This document shows positions 43,495-52,577 of a stretch of 53,198 bases of DNA, piece by piece. The stretch is taken from the NCBI GenBank assembly GCA_052168235.1, contig JBQLZK010000052.1:1-53198 (forward strand), read 5' to 3'. The notes beneath the pieces are model-generated. The model was not told the DNA's origin. It saw only the letters and a program-made list of their open reading frames with translations, and searched no databases. Position numbers and translations under genes: made by a program. Within the stretch, counting starts at the first letter, position 1, and every line of letters starts with the position of its first letter. The stretch is from Thainema sp. (GTDB lineage Bacteria; Cyanobacteriota; Cyanobacteriia; Phormidesmidales; Phormidesmidaceae).

Positions 43495-43868
43495 ATGTAT
43501 GCGGCTTGGCTATCTTCGTCACTCTTGTTTGAAATGGTTTCTTTCAACAAAGATAATTGGTAGTCCTCAAAAGGTAATGATTTTTGGATGTGTGAGCACC
43601 GCCCACACACCCAAAAATCATTACCTTTTGAGGACTACCAGATAATTTAGTTGAAAATTCGAAACAAACCGTAAAGAGTTTCGTAGAGATAAATAACGAC
43701 CTATTTGAAATTCGATATTCAACTCGTAAGATAAAGGTAAGGCAGTATAGACGGAGTTTGAAGCTGATCAAAAGCCCACCAGAAGGGTTTACATCAGAGC
43801 ATCTTGCTCTACACAAATGGAGCTTAAAATTCACAACATCGCTTCATTTGTGCAAGCTCACAAACTGA
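43495..43868 (+). pseudogene. Possible small ORF interrupted by the MITE
   Basis: Removing the MITE and one TSD copy (89 bp) restores a 94-aa ORF MYAAWLSSSLLFEMVSFNKDNLVENSK...LCKLTN; no recognised homology. Confidence 0.35.
43559..43639. mobile_element. 81-bp palindromic MITE with 8-bp target-site duplication
   Basis: 36-bp terminal inverted repeats GGTAGTCCTCAAAAGGTAATGATTTTTGG(A/G)TGTGTG with one mismatch; AGATAATT repeated directly at 43551-43558 and 43640-43647. Confidence 0.88.
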
Positions 43869-44122
43869 GCAAAATAGTCGTAAGCTTTGCCATTTATAAA
43901 TACTGACGCATCTGTATATATTTGGCACTATTCTGGTCCATTTTCTTCAGCCTCCAATTGTCTTGCTACTGTCGGTACAAGTTAAAAATAAATTGCCTTC
44001 ATCAAATTACTGGATTTACCACCAAGCTCTATCGCATTGATCCGACTTTTCTAGATATCTGCATTAGTAGATCCGTTGTTTGATTCTGAGGCTACAACGT
44101 CATACTTAAAGCGAGGGAAATC

Positions 44123-44281
44123 ATGAAAGTTTTAGGCATGGTTAACGACGTTATCCAGTATTTGTCCGAAGCAATTGCTCGCATCTTTGGCCCACGCGAT
44201 GATGCTTATCCTGAAACAGGCGTACAGCCGTTCAGCGGCGATATTCCTCTAGCCAATAATGAAGAAGCTGAACAGTATTAG
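44123..44281 (+). CDS. 52-aa small protein (below ORF-track cutoff)
   Basis: GAGGG RBS, ATG...TAG; MKVLGMVNDVIQYLSEAIARIFGPRDDAYPETGVQPFSGDIPLANNEEAEQY; motif resembles a recurrent cyanobacterial microprotein (from recall). Confidence 0.8.
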   Translation: MKVLGMVNDVIQYLSEAIARIFGPRDDAYPETGVQPFSGDIPLANNEEAEQY

Positions 44282-44412
44282 ATTCTGAATTTTATTCATT
44301 GGAGGGGTGGATTTGACTCATGAATCCCAACTTATTGCCTGAAGCCAATGATTGAATTCAGTAGTCAAGCTTAGGAACGTGGATTTAATCAGGTGAAATC
44401 TTTGGGATAAAA

Positions 44413-44435
44413 ACGCGGCAATGCCGTGTCCCTAC
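44413..44435. repeat. REP-like palindrome remnant
   Basis: ACGCGGCAATGCCGTGTCCCTAC, consistent with a GTAGGGACACGGCA-type REP. Confidence 0.6.
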
Positions 44436-44536
44436 GGATGAAACAATTTACAGGTTATTTGATCCATAATCCTTGGAAATTAGCTTGGCAGCAAAACACG
44501 CTTAAACATCCATTAAATGACTTAGACTTAATGACT

Positions 44537-44571
44537 CAAAAGGCTAGGAAATGCTATTTCCTAGCCTTTTG
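44537..44571. terminator. Bidirectional intrinsic terminator
   Basis: CAAAAGGCTAGGAAAT-GCT-ATTTCCTAGCCTTTTG between two convergent small genes. Confidence 0.85.
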
Positions 44572-44640
44572 TAAATCATTTCTGAAATTGTTCTGAAATT
44601 GCCGATTCGTGAGCAGCATTAAATCGTATTAATTTCAGCC

Positions 44641-44874
44641 CTATTTGAACCGCATAAAACGACAAAACCATTCGAACAAATTGAGTTCACTACGCATTTG
44701 GACTAATTCGAGCTGATGTTGTTGGGCGGTTGTGTGATACCAGTGGCAGTGTTGCCGAAAAGCGTCTCGATACTCAACTTCTTGACGAAACTCGTGGGCA
44801 ATCTGATTCAGTTCTAAAACGGATTCAACTTCAGAGGTGGTGGGATTGAGCTGATTCAATTCGTCATTAAACAT
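44641..44874 (-). CDS. Small hypothetical protein (77 aa)
   Basis: ATG ORF with helical EF..EV..R..F..HC.WY...A..H..EL..MR..LN...WF pattern, followed by a terminator. Confidence 0.7.
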   Translation of the reverse strand: MFNDELNQLNPTTSEVESVLELNQIAHEFRQEVEYRDAFRQHCHWYHTTAQQHQLELVQMRSELNLFEWFCRFMRFK

Positions 44875-45112
44875 ACTGACGCGCTCTGAGAATATCGCTG
44901 TTCTTTAGATTGTACCGACTCGATTGTACTGACTGCCGAGAAGCGGAAGAGTGACGATTCTGACATCTTTGGGGCGTAACACGGATTTCAGCGTCGCAGG
45001 ACAACTTTGTAAACCGTTCTGTAAACCGTTCATTGAGTTTGTTTAGAGTTTGTGCGATCGCAGATTTAGATCAGCGCTATCCTTATGTGAAATATTTGTG
45101 GGGAGTGTGACC

Positions 45113-45922
45113 ATGATGAACTGTTTGATCAAGCTCAAGCCTAGAACCATTGGGCATTTGACTGTCGTTCTCACGTTTTTGATCATTGCAGGCTGCGGAT
45201 CATCATCCAACCCAACCGACGATTCGGCCAGCGAAGTCAAAACCGATACCGAAACGGTGGCTGAAAGCAGTTCTGGCTCGGATATGATTAGCGATTCAGG
45301 TTCACTTGAGGATAAAGCCGTAGCCGAATTACCCAGCCCGAAGGCGACGACTCCATCCTCACCCGCCAGTGCAGAACTCGTCAAAAACACCCAGGCAGAA
45401 GCCCGTCTCGCCCAGCTTGAAACGGGTCGCTATGATCCGTTTTCGGGAGTTGTTGCTCGCCGTCAGCCTGCCCCTGCCGCCCCACAGCCTGCTCCTGCAG
45501 CTCCGAGCGCGTTACCCACTGCACCCACCGGGCAGCCTTCGGCTCTCCCTCAACCAGCGGCTACACAGCCAGCACCAATTCCCGTTGTCGCAACTAGTCC
45601 CATTAATCCGGCTCAAGCGGCATCTGGTACGCTGCCCAGCGTACTCATCCCATCTCAGCCAACTCCAGTTGAGGCGACACCCATTGCCAGCCGGATTGAA
45701 ATCAGCGGCGTCGTTCAGGTCGATAATCGAACAGTTGTGATCGTGTCCGTTCCCAATGAAGCAACCAGCCGCTATGTTGGCGAAGGCGAAATGCTGGCCA
45801 ATGGTCAAGTCAGAGTGAAACGAATTGAAGCTGCTCCAAATCAAGAACCACTCGTTATCTTGGAACAAGATGGGCAAGAGTTTTCGCGCACCGTCGGCAG
45901 TTCGTCCAATAACCTTTCCTAG
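45113..45922 (+). CDS. Pro-rich lipoprotein with small C-terminal beta domain (possibly PilP-like)
   Basis: Lipobox IIAGC, RYDPF motif, Pro/Ala linker, ISGVVQV...VIVSVPNE..SRYV..G..L.NG.V.VKRI. Confidence 0.7.
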   Translation: MMNCLIKLKPRTIGHLTVVLTFLIIAGCGSSSNPTDDSASEVKTDTETVAESSSGSDMISDSGSLEDKAVAELPSPKATTPSSPASAELVKNTQAEARLAQLETGRYDPFSGVVARRQPAPAAPQPAPAAPSALPTAPTGQPSALPQPAATQPAPIPVVATSPINPAQAASGTLPSVLIPSQPTPVEATPIASRIEISGVVQVDNRTVVIVSVPNEATSRYVGEGEMLANGQVRVKRIEAAPNQEPLVILEQDGQEFSRTVGSSSNNLS

Positions 45923-46120
45923 CAATAGACCAATCTAGTCTCGGCTACGACTTGGCTACTGATTACCGACTGATTACCGACTGACTATCGACCTCGTTAG
46001 AAACCTCATCTACCCATCTACTCGTCCACCCAGCCACCCATCTACAATTCTCACCTTCAGCCTGGCCAGTATTAGCGCTTCCAATGCCAATCATGCGCCT
46101 GATGATCTCTTTAAGTTCGT

Positions 46121-46660
46121 ATGACCTACCATTCTCCATCACCGGATTCCAATCCATTGCCGTCCGCTAAAGGTGAGCGGTTAGCGGTTCCCGCTGGCTC
46201 GTTTACATTGGCGGGTACCTATCCCTGCCCTGTGTGCCGACATGGTCAAATTCAAACGCTGACTCTCATGGATGCGTTTGCCTGCGACTTTTGCCGACAT
46301 ATTTTTACGCCCAACCTAGCGGAGCAGACGATTCAAGTAGTCGATAGCTCTCAGCCCATGAGCTGGCGCTGGATGGGAAGGCGCTGGCGACCCGTTTATC
46401 AGGATGACTTCAATCTCACGTTTGTGATCTGGAGTATTGGCATTGCTCTGGTGGTGCTGCCACCTGGATTGGTTTGGATGTCGTCCCATACTTTTCCACC
46501 GCTGGAGGGCAGTCGATGGAGCTGGTTCCCGTCGGTGTGGGTTGGGGTTACGTTGATTACCCATCTCCTGCTAGTAGGTTGGTTGCTGGTGGAACACTAT
46601 CAGTTTCCGTTTTATGTGGCGACGAAGGTGCGGCTGCGGCAGTGGTTGGGAGCGCGTTGA
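46121..46660 (+). CDS. Zinc-ribbon membrane protein
   Basis: CPVC...CDFC followed by two TM helices. Confidence 0.75.
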   Translation: MTYHSPSPDSNPLPSAKGERLAVPAGSFTLAGTYPCPVCRHGQIQTLTLMDAFACDFCRHIFTPNLAEQTIQVVDSSQPMSWRWMGRRWRPVYQDDFNLTFVIWSIGIALVVLPPGLVWMSSHTFPPLEGSRWSWFPSVWVGVTLITHLLLVGWLLVEHYQFPFYVATKVRLRQWLGAR

Positions 46661-46790
46661 GGGGGTGATAGGTGTTGGGTTTTAGGTTTTAGGTGTTGGG
46701 TTTTAGGTGAATAGGTGACAGGTGGGTGGTTGATGGGTGACGGTTGGTTAGGAGGTGGGTGATGGTGGATAGTGGGATAGTGGGTTAGTG
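46660..46790. repeat. G-rich short tandem repeats (7-8-mers; TTTTAGG/GGTGGGT types)
   Basis: taggtgttgggttttaggttttaggtgttgggttttaggtg...gatagtgggatagtggg. Confidence 0.75.
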
Positions 46791-46864
46791 ATTGTTACGT
46801 TGCGAGAAGTTGTGGGAGAGAAGTTAGAGTGACGAGGACACGGCAGGCGGGCAATCGGGTTATT

Positions 46865-47422
46865 ATGCGTTCTGCCAAGATTGAACTGCGACGCAAGTTG
46901 TTAAAGGCAAGACAGTCGATTCCGGATGATGTTTGGCGGCAAAAGAGCGATCGCATTTGTGATCACCTGCTCAACTGGTCAGTTTTTCGAGAGGCGCGAG
47001 TGGTGCTGGCCTATTCCAGCTTTCGCCATGAGCCGGATCTGAGTCCGCTGTTTCCGTTGAAATCGGCTTGGGGTCTGCCCCGATGTGAAGGAAAATCGCT
47101 CAACTGGCACCATTGGCATTCTCGGGGTATGCCGCTGCAAGCGGGCAGTTACGGTATTCTTGAACCGCATCCTGAGACGCCGCTGATTCAGGCTAGCGAG
47201 GTGGATTTAATTTTGGTGCCTGCCGTAGCTTGTGATGTTCAGGGCTATCGTCTGGGCTATGGTGGCGGTTTTTATGATCGGTTTTTGAGTTCGCCCAGTT
47301 GGGCCAAGGTGCTGACTATCGGTATTGTGTTTGAGTTTGCTCGGTTGCCGCAGGTGCCGCGTGAAGCGTGGGATAAGCCGCTACAGGGAATCTGTACAGA
47401 AAGCGGATTGTTTCTTAAATAG
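46865..47422 (+). CDS. 5-formyltetrahydrofolate cyclo-ligase
   Basis: K..LRR, YGILEP, DLILVPAVACD..GYRLGYGGGFYDRFL, WDKPL. Confidence 0.93.
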   Translation: MRSAKIELRRKLLKARQSIPDDVWRQKSDRICDHLLNWSVFREARVVLAYSSFRHEPDLSPLFPLKSAWGLPRCEGKSLNWHHWHSRGMPLQAGSYGILEPHPETPLIQASEVDLILVPAVACDVQGYRLGYGGGFYDRFLSSPSWAKVLTIGIVFEFARLPQVPREAWDKPLQGICTESGLFLK

Positions 47423-47433
47423 TTTAAATAGTT

Positions 47434-47488
47434 GGTCGTCTTCAAAAGGTCATGATTTCGGGGTGTGGGCGGTGGATGCCGCGCCACA
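47434..47488. mobile_element. Degenerate half-copy of the 43559 MITE
   Basis: GGTCGTCTTCAAAAGGTCATGATTTCGGGGTGTGGGCGGTG aligns to the MITE arm GGTAGTCCTCAAAAGGTAATGATTTTTGGGTGTGTGGGCGGTG. Confidence 0.65.
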
Positions 47489-47652
47489 ATAACGTCCTAA
47501 CCGATATGGCTATCGCTACAAGTAAATGGATCGCATTTTGATATACGGAAAAATATCAATGGTGCTGTCGGAAAGGGAATCTGTCTCCTAGAATGATCAA
47601 TGATTAAGAAAACATGTTTAGTTCCCTGAGAGCATACTGATCTCAACGCATC

Positions 47653-47850
47653 ATGAACGATTTTTGGCAAAACGTATCCCGCTATCCCCGCTTTCTCGTC
47701 ACCATTATCTTGGGGATCTTCTTTGCTTTGGCACAGCCGATCATGCCGTTGCTGGAAAAACCAACAACGGCTATTCCCTTGATTGGTCTTCTCGTTGCAG
47801 GTTTTGTCTGCTTGTATTTCACGCTGCGGGCGATGTTGGGCTTAGCCTGA
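47653..47850 (+). CDS. ycf33: DUF751/Ycf33 family small membrane protein
   Basis: FWQNVSRYPRFLVTIILG...FTLRAMLG signature. Confidence 0.85.
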   Translation: MNDFWQNVSRYPRFLVTIILGIFFALAQPIMPLLEKPTTAIPLIGLLVAGFVCLYFTLRAMLGLA

Positions 47851-50800
47851 AAATAGGCTGGCGATCGCAGATACCAACATTTCAATATCGAATGGTTTAG
47901 CAATATGGCGCTGAAATCCGGCTTCTATGCAGCGTTGGGTGTCGCTGGTGGCTGCGTAGCCAGTGAGCGCGATCGCAGGTACATTTCCTCCCTGCTCCGG
48001 CGGTAAATCGCGGATCCAGCGAATCAAGGCAAATCCATCTTGATCCGGCAAGCTAATGTCGCTGATCAGCAGGTCGGGCACCTCTTCTGTGAACTTATTC
48101 ATCGCGTGTCGCACTGAGGTCGCGGTAAAAACCGTCGCATCCTGCATTTGCAGCGTTAGTTGCAGAATCTGTAGGCTGTCCTCATCATCTTCCACGATGA
48201 GGATGCGTAGGTTAGAGAAATCAGGATCAGTCGTGTCACTATATGGCAATACGTCAGCTGATTCAACGGATGGAGCTTGAGTCATCGTTAGGGGCAATGT
48301 AATCATCAACGTGCTGCCCTGGTCGATGCCAGGGCTAGTAATGGCAACCGTGCCGTGGTGGGCTTCGGTGAAGTATTTTACGATCGCAAGTCCCAGGCCA
48401 AGTCCTCCATATCGACGGATATTGGAGATGTCGGCCTGACGAAAGCGATCGAAAACATAGGGTAAAAATTCCGGATCGATGCCGTCTCCGGTGTCTGTTA
48501 TGTCAATCTGAGCCTGATTGTTGGTGTAGGTCAGATCGACGCTGACTTGTCCACCGGGAGGCGTAAACTTAATGGCATTAGATAAGCCATTCAAGAACAC
48601 TTGTTGCATCCGGTCGGGATCGACATTCAGCCGCTGAGGCGAGTCGAACAGCGTTCGATTGATCTGGATATTCTTGGCTTCAGCCATTGGCTGTATGGTA
48701 TCAATAACCAGATTCAGCAAGTCAGTCAGGTTAACGGCCTGTCGCTGCAGCGAGAGCTTGCCTTGAATAATCGACGAAACCTCCAGCAGATCGCTGATGA
48801 TCCGAGTTTGGGAGTGGGTACCGCGCTCAATGCTGTTTAGCGCTTGAGTCAACAGTTCGGGCGTGATCTCCGAGAATGGCTTGCGTTGCAGAATGGTCGT
48901 CCAGCCCAAAATGGAATTGAGTGGCGTCCGCAATTCGTGAGATAGCACTGACAAAAACTCATCTTTACTCGCATTCGCCGCTTCGGCTTCGGCCCGAGCA
49001 ATCTGTTCTTGAACAAGCTGAATACGCTCAGTCTCAGCCTGTTTGCGCTCGGTGATATCTTCAATCGCGAGCAAAATTAGTTGCTCCCCAAAGGGCTGCT
49101 CAATTTCGCGGGCGTTGATCAGAATGTATCGAGTACCCAAGCGAACAAAGTCGTGGCTGAACTCAAAATTGTGCAGCAGTTCTGGATGAGCCAGAAAATT
49201 CTCTAAGCGCGATCGCAGATCTGTAATATCCCACTGACCACTATCGATATCAAAAAACAGCCGCTCTTCAACTTCAGGTTCTGTTAATTGAAACAGCTCG
49301 TAAAAGGCTCGATTGGCCGTTTTGATCCGCAGCTCGCGGGAAAGCACCACCAGCGGCTCCCGCACGGTTTGCACAATACTCTCGGCATACAGACGCGATA
49401 GCTCAAGCTGGCGCATGGTGCGCTTAATGTCGTCAATATCGACCAGGGTAATCACCGCCCCGTCGATTTGGTTCTCAGTAGTGCGATAGGGTCGAATCCG
49501 CAGCCGATACCAGTGGCCTGCCTGATCCTGCACCTCATGCTCTTGAGTATCCAGCATTTCGATCACTCTGGTAATGCGCTCTTCCAAATCGGGCACATCG
49601 ACATTCAAGCGAATGTTGCTGATCGGTCGGCCAATGTCACCCGGAATGAGATTAAACAAGCTCTCAGCCGCAGGCGTAAAGCGACGAATCCGTAGATCAT
49701 TCGACAGCATCACAATCGGAATGTTGACGTTGATCAGCAGATTTAATAGATCGTCATTGATCAATCGCGCTTCGGCATTGCGGCTTTCCAGTTCTTCATT
49801 CGTAGTTTTCAGTTCTTCATTAGCCGCCTGGATTTCTTCTTTGGCCGTTTGCAGCTCTTCGTTGGTGCTCTGGAGTTCTTCGTTACTGGATAAAATCTCT
49901 TCATTAGCTGTTGTCAAACGCTGATTAATCGCTTCCTGCTCCTCAACGGTCGCTTGCAAATAGGTTTGTGTGTCCAGCAGTTCCTGCCGAGTAGCAGCCA
50001 ATTCCTGCTTCAGACGCTCGACTTCAGGCCCACTGGCTGGAGGCTGATCACTGCTGATCTCGTTACTAGGGCGAGTCGGCTCCGACTGAATCAAAGCGCC
50101 GTTTTCAAACAGCAGCAAATAGCTAAACTCCTGCGACAGCGGATTGCGAATCGGCGTCACCTCAACATTGACATAGCGCGGGTTGCCTTCAACCTGTAGC
50201 CCTTCCCGGCGAGTAATGGTCTTTTGCGTCTTAGTCTGCTCCAGCACGGAGCGCACTTCAACCAGCAGGCTTGGCCTGATCATTTTGAGCAGATTGAAGC
50301 TGGGTTCACCGGGCGCAGGCCGAACGTAGAGGCTGGTATCACCGCGAAAATGAATAATCTCTAGCTGTTCACTCACGATCACGCCGACAGGCGCATAGCG
50401 ATTTAGCACAATCTGATCCGCCTGACGTTGTACATTCGTGTGGCTTGATGTCTCTGCTGCCATATTCTGGCGCTCTGGCGCTCTAGACGGATTCAGAGCC
50501 AAATAGTCGCTGGTGACAAAGTCGAAACTCAAGTGGCTAGCAACCGGATTGCGGCTATAGACCCGATGTTTTTTATCCACCACTGAAAATAGCTCGGAGG
50601 TTTCGCCCACGCTTTCGGAACTGCCGAGCCAGAGAAAGCCATTGGCTTGCAGCGCATAGTGGAAAATCGCCAGCACCCGCTTTTGCAGGGCGGGCGTAAA
50701 GTAAATCAGCACGTTGCGACAACTGACGAGATCGATATTGGAAAACGGCGGATCGCTGCCCAGGTTTTGGCGGGCAAACACGCACATCTCACGCACGGCT

Positions 50801-52038
50801 TTGCTGATTTGATAGCGGCCTTCGTTGCGGGTAAAAAAGCGGCTGCGGCGTTCGGATGAAACTCCTGCCATCTGATTTTCGGAGTAGATGCCTTGGCGAG
50901 CAATATCAATGGCCTCTTCACTGACATCCGTACCGAAAACTTGAATTGAAAGGTTGGCATCCTGAGCAGACAAGCACTCTAGCAGACAGATCGTTAGCGA
51001 GTAGCATTCTTCGCCCGTCGCGCAACCCGTTACCCAGATGCGAATCGATGCATTTGGCGCTTTTTGCTCAATTAATGTCGGAAAGACGGATTCTTTTAAG
51101 AAGGCGAACGAGTCGGGATCGCGAAAAAAGCTGGTCACTGTAATCAGTACGTCATGATAGAGGGCTTTAATTTCCGATAAATCGGTACGCAGATACTCAA
51201 CGTACTCTTCAACAGAATTAAGCTGATGGAGCACCATGCGTCGGCGCAGTCGCCGCTCGAAGGTGGTGCGCTTGTACTGCGTGAAGTCTACCCCAGTGGT
51301 GGCTCGCAGCAAATTATAGATGACGGACAGTGAATTTTGTTGCAGAGGTTGGTTTTCCGGTTCCAGTGGAGACGGGTCTTGCTCGGATTTGTGCATGTGC
51401 GATCGCAACGACGAATGATTCAGGTAAGGATGCTGGGCAATATCGGCCAGCGTTTGAGCAATTTCAGCGGGTGCCAAGATGAAATCAACAAAGCCCGTCG
51501 CCACAGCACTATTCGGCATACTGCTGTGTTGAGCCGTACGCTGGGTTTGAGCAAAGGTAATGCCGCCCGCCGTCTTGATACATTTCAGCCCTTCGGCTCC
51601 ATCGGAATCTAGCCCGGAGAGGACAACCCCAATCGCTCGATGACCATACTCATCCGCTAGGCACTTAAAGAACAGGTTAATCGGCATAAACGGTCGCTGT
51701 GCCGAATCTCTCGGAGCTAGCTTGAGTTGATCATTTGAAATAGTCATCTGCTTGTCTGGCGGAATCACATAAACATGATTCGGCTGCACCGTCAAGTTAT
51801 CTGTAATTTGCTCGACTGGCATCTCCGTCACCCGTACCAGAATGTCGCTCAGCATACTGGGGGTATCCGGTTTGAGATGCTGAATCAGCACGAACGCCAT
51901 GCCGGAGTCGTTTGGCAATTCCCTGAGCAAGTTGGTATACGCTTCAAGCCCACCAGCGGATGCACCAATTCCCACAATTGGAAAGTTGCTGTTGTTATTC
52001 GGTTGCGGGTTTTCTGCTGGGGAGGAGTTAGTAGACAT
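47842..52038 (-). CDS. CheB methylesterase-CheR methyltransferase-PAS-histidine kinase-receiver hybrid
   Basis: CheB GASAGG/IQH/DG catalytic residues; CheR TSFFRD, GCATGEE, CRNVLIY; NEELQS coiled coil; PAS; SHELRTPL H-box; GGLGLGL; receiver DISLP. Confidence 0.93.
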   Translation of the reverse strand: MSTNSSPAENPQPNNNSNFPIVGIGASAGGLEAYTNLLRELPNDSGMAFVLIQHLKPDTPSMLSDILVRVTEMPVEQITDNLTVQPNHVYVIPPDKQMTISNDQLKLAPRDSAQRPFMPINLFFKCLADEYGHRAIGVVLSGLDSDGAEGLKCIKTAGGITFAQTQRTAQHSSMPNSAVATGFVDFILAPAEIAQTLADIAQHPYLNHSSLRSHMHKSEQDPSPLEPENQPLQQNSLSVIYNLLRATTGVDFTQYKRTTFERRLRRRMVLHQLNSVEEYVEYLRTDLSEIKALYHDVLITVTSFFRDPDSFAFLKESVFPTLIEQKAPNASIRIWVTGCATGEECYSLTICLLECLSAQDANLSIQVFGTDVSEEAIDIARQGIYSENQMAGVSSERRSRFFTRNEGRYQISKAVREMCVFARQNLGSDPPFSNIDLVSCRNVLIYFTPALQKRVLAIFHYALQANGFLWLGSSESVGETSELFSVVDKKHRVYSRNPVASHLSFDFVTSDYLALNPSRAPERQNMAAETSSHTNVQRQADQIVLNRYAPVGVIVSEQLEIIHFRGDTSLYVRPAPGEPSFNLLKMIRPSLLVEVRSVLEQTKTQKTITRREGLQVEGNPRYVNVEVTPIRNPLSQEFSYLLLFENGALIQSEPTRPSNEISSDQPPASGPEVERLKQELAATRQELLDTQTYLQATVEEQEAINQRLTTANEEILSSNEELQSTNEELQTAKEEIQAANEELKTTNEELESRNAEARLINDDLLNLLINVNIPIVMLSNDLRIRRFTPAAESLFNLIPGDIGRPISNIRLNVDVPDLEERITRVIEMLDTQEHEVQDQAGHWYRLRIRPYRTTENQIDGAVITLVDIDDIKRTMRQLELSRLYAESIVQTVREPLVVLSRELRIKTANRAFYELFQLTEPEVEERLFFDIDSGQWDITDLRSRLENFLAHPELLHNFEFSHDFVRLGTRYILINAREIEQPFGEQLILLAIEDITERKQAETERIQLVQEQIARAEAEAANASKDEFLSVLSHELRTPLNSILGWTTILQRKPFSEITPELLTQALNSIERGTHSQTRIISDLLEVSSIIQGKLSLQRQAVNLTDLLNLVIDTIQPMAEAKNIQINRTLFDSPQRLNVDPDRMQQVFLNGLSNAIKFTPPGGQVSVDLTYTNNQAQIDITDTGDGIDPEFLPYVFDRFRQADISNIRRYGGLGLGLAIVKYFTEAHHGTVAITSPGIDQGSTLMITLPLTMTQAPSVESADVLPYSDTTDPDFSNLRILIVEDDEDSLQILQLTLQMQDATVFTATSVRHAMNKFTEEVPDLLISDISLPDQDGFALIRWIRDLPPEQGGNVPAIALTGYAATSDTQRCIEAGFQRHIAKPFDIEMLVSAIASLFSG

Positions 52039-52130
52039 GATGGTGTGTACGGTGGGGCAAATTATGTCTTCGAACGTTGCCTAAAATTCACTGCGATTTT
52101 TTACTCGAAAGTGCGATCGCAATCTACCTA

Positions 52131-52185
52131 TGAAAGATTTATGGGGGAGGGCGGGCTAGGCCCGCCCTCCCCCATAAATCTTTCA
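52131..52185. repeat. Perfect 26-bp inverted repeat
   Basis: TGAAAGATTTATGGGGGAGGGCGGGC-TAG-GCCCGCCCTCCCCCATAAATCTTTCA. Confidence 0.85.
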
Positions 52186-52577
52186 GGCTGTTATCAGCTC
52201 AAAAACACCTGGATGACGCGGATCAAAATTGTCAGCTTTTCATGCTTGAATCAACATTCGAATTAACAACTGAGACTCCAAATGTAGTCAACAGCTTTAT
52301 GACGGTACGTGGAAATCTTAGGTCAACGATTTAATAGCCGTAACTAACTTAAGTAAGGTTGATAGTCGTCTCACAAATCTCACTTCAGTCCGAAACTAGC
52401 GGTAATCTCTACAGTCAACGGGTTTTCGCCGTAAACACAATGTATTCTCTAGCAAAACTCAAGTGTTGCGTAATGTTTCGCCGCTCCGATTTGTCGCCAC
52501 CGTTCGGAACTTTTAATCTATTGGAGCGATTTAGAATAGTCTGGGAGAACGCTAACGATTGTTTTGAGGAAAGAAGT

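Noticed and set aside
43544..43834. 96-aa minus-strand ORF
   Set aside because: Runs through the MITE and has no recognisable features; likely spurious
45949..45992. ACTGATTACCG tandem repeats as a CRISPR array
   Set aside because: 11-bp units without spacers and no cas genes
52359..52577. N-terminal extension of RbfA (also those of PsaA, PncB and the peptide-binding protein)
   Set aside because: Upstream alternative starts from the ORF caller; conserved-looking N-termini begin at the downstream ATGs, with RBS-like sequences for rbfA, psaA and pncB
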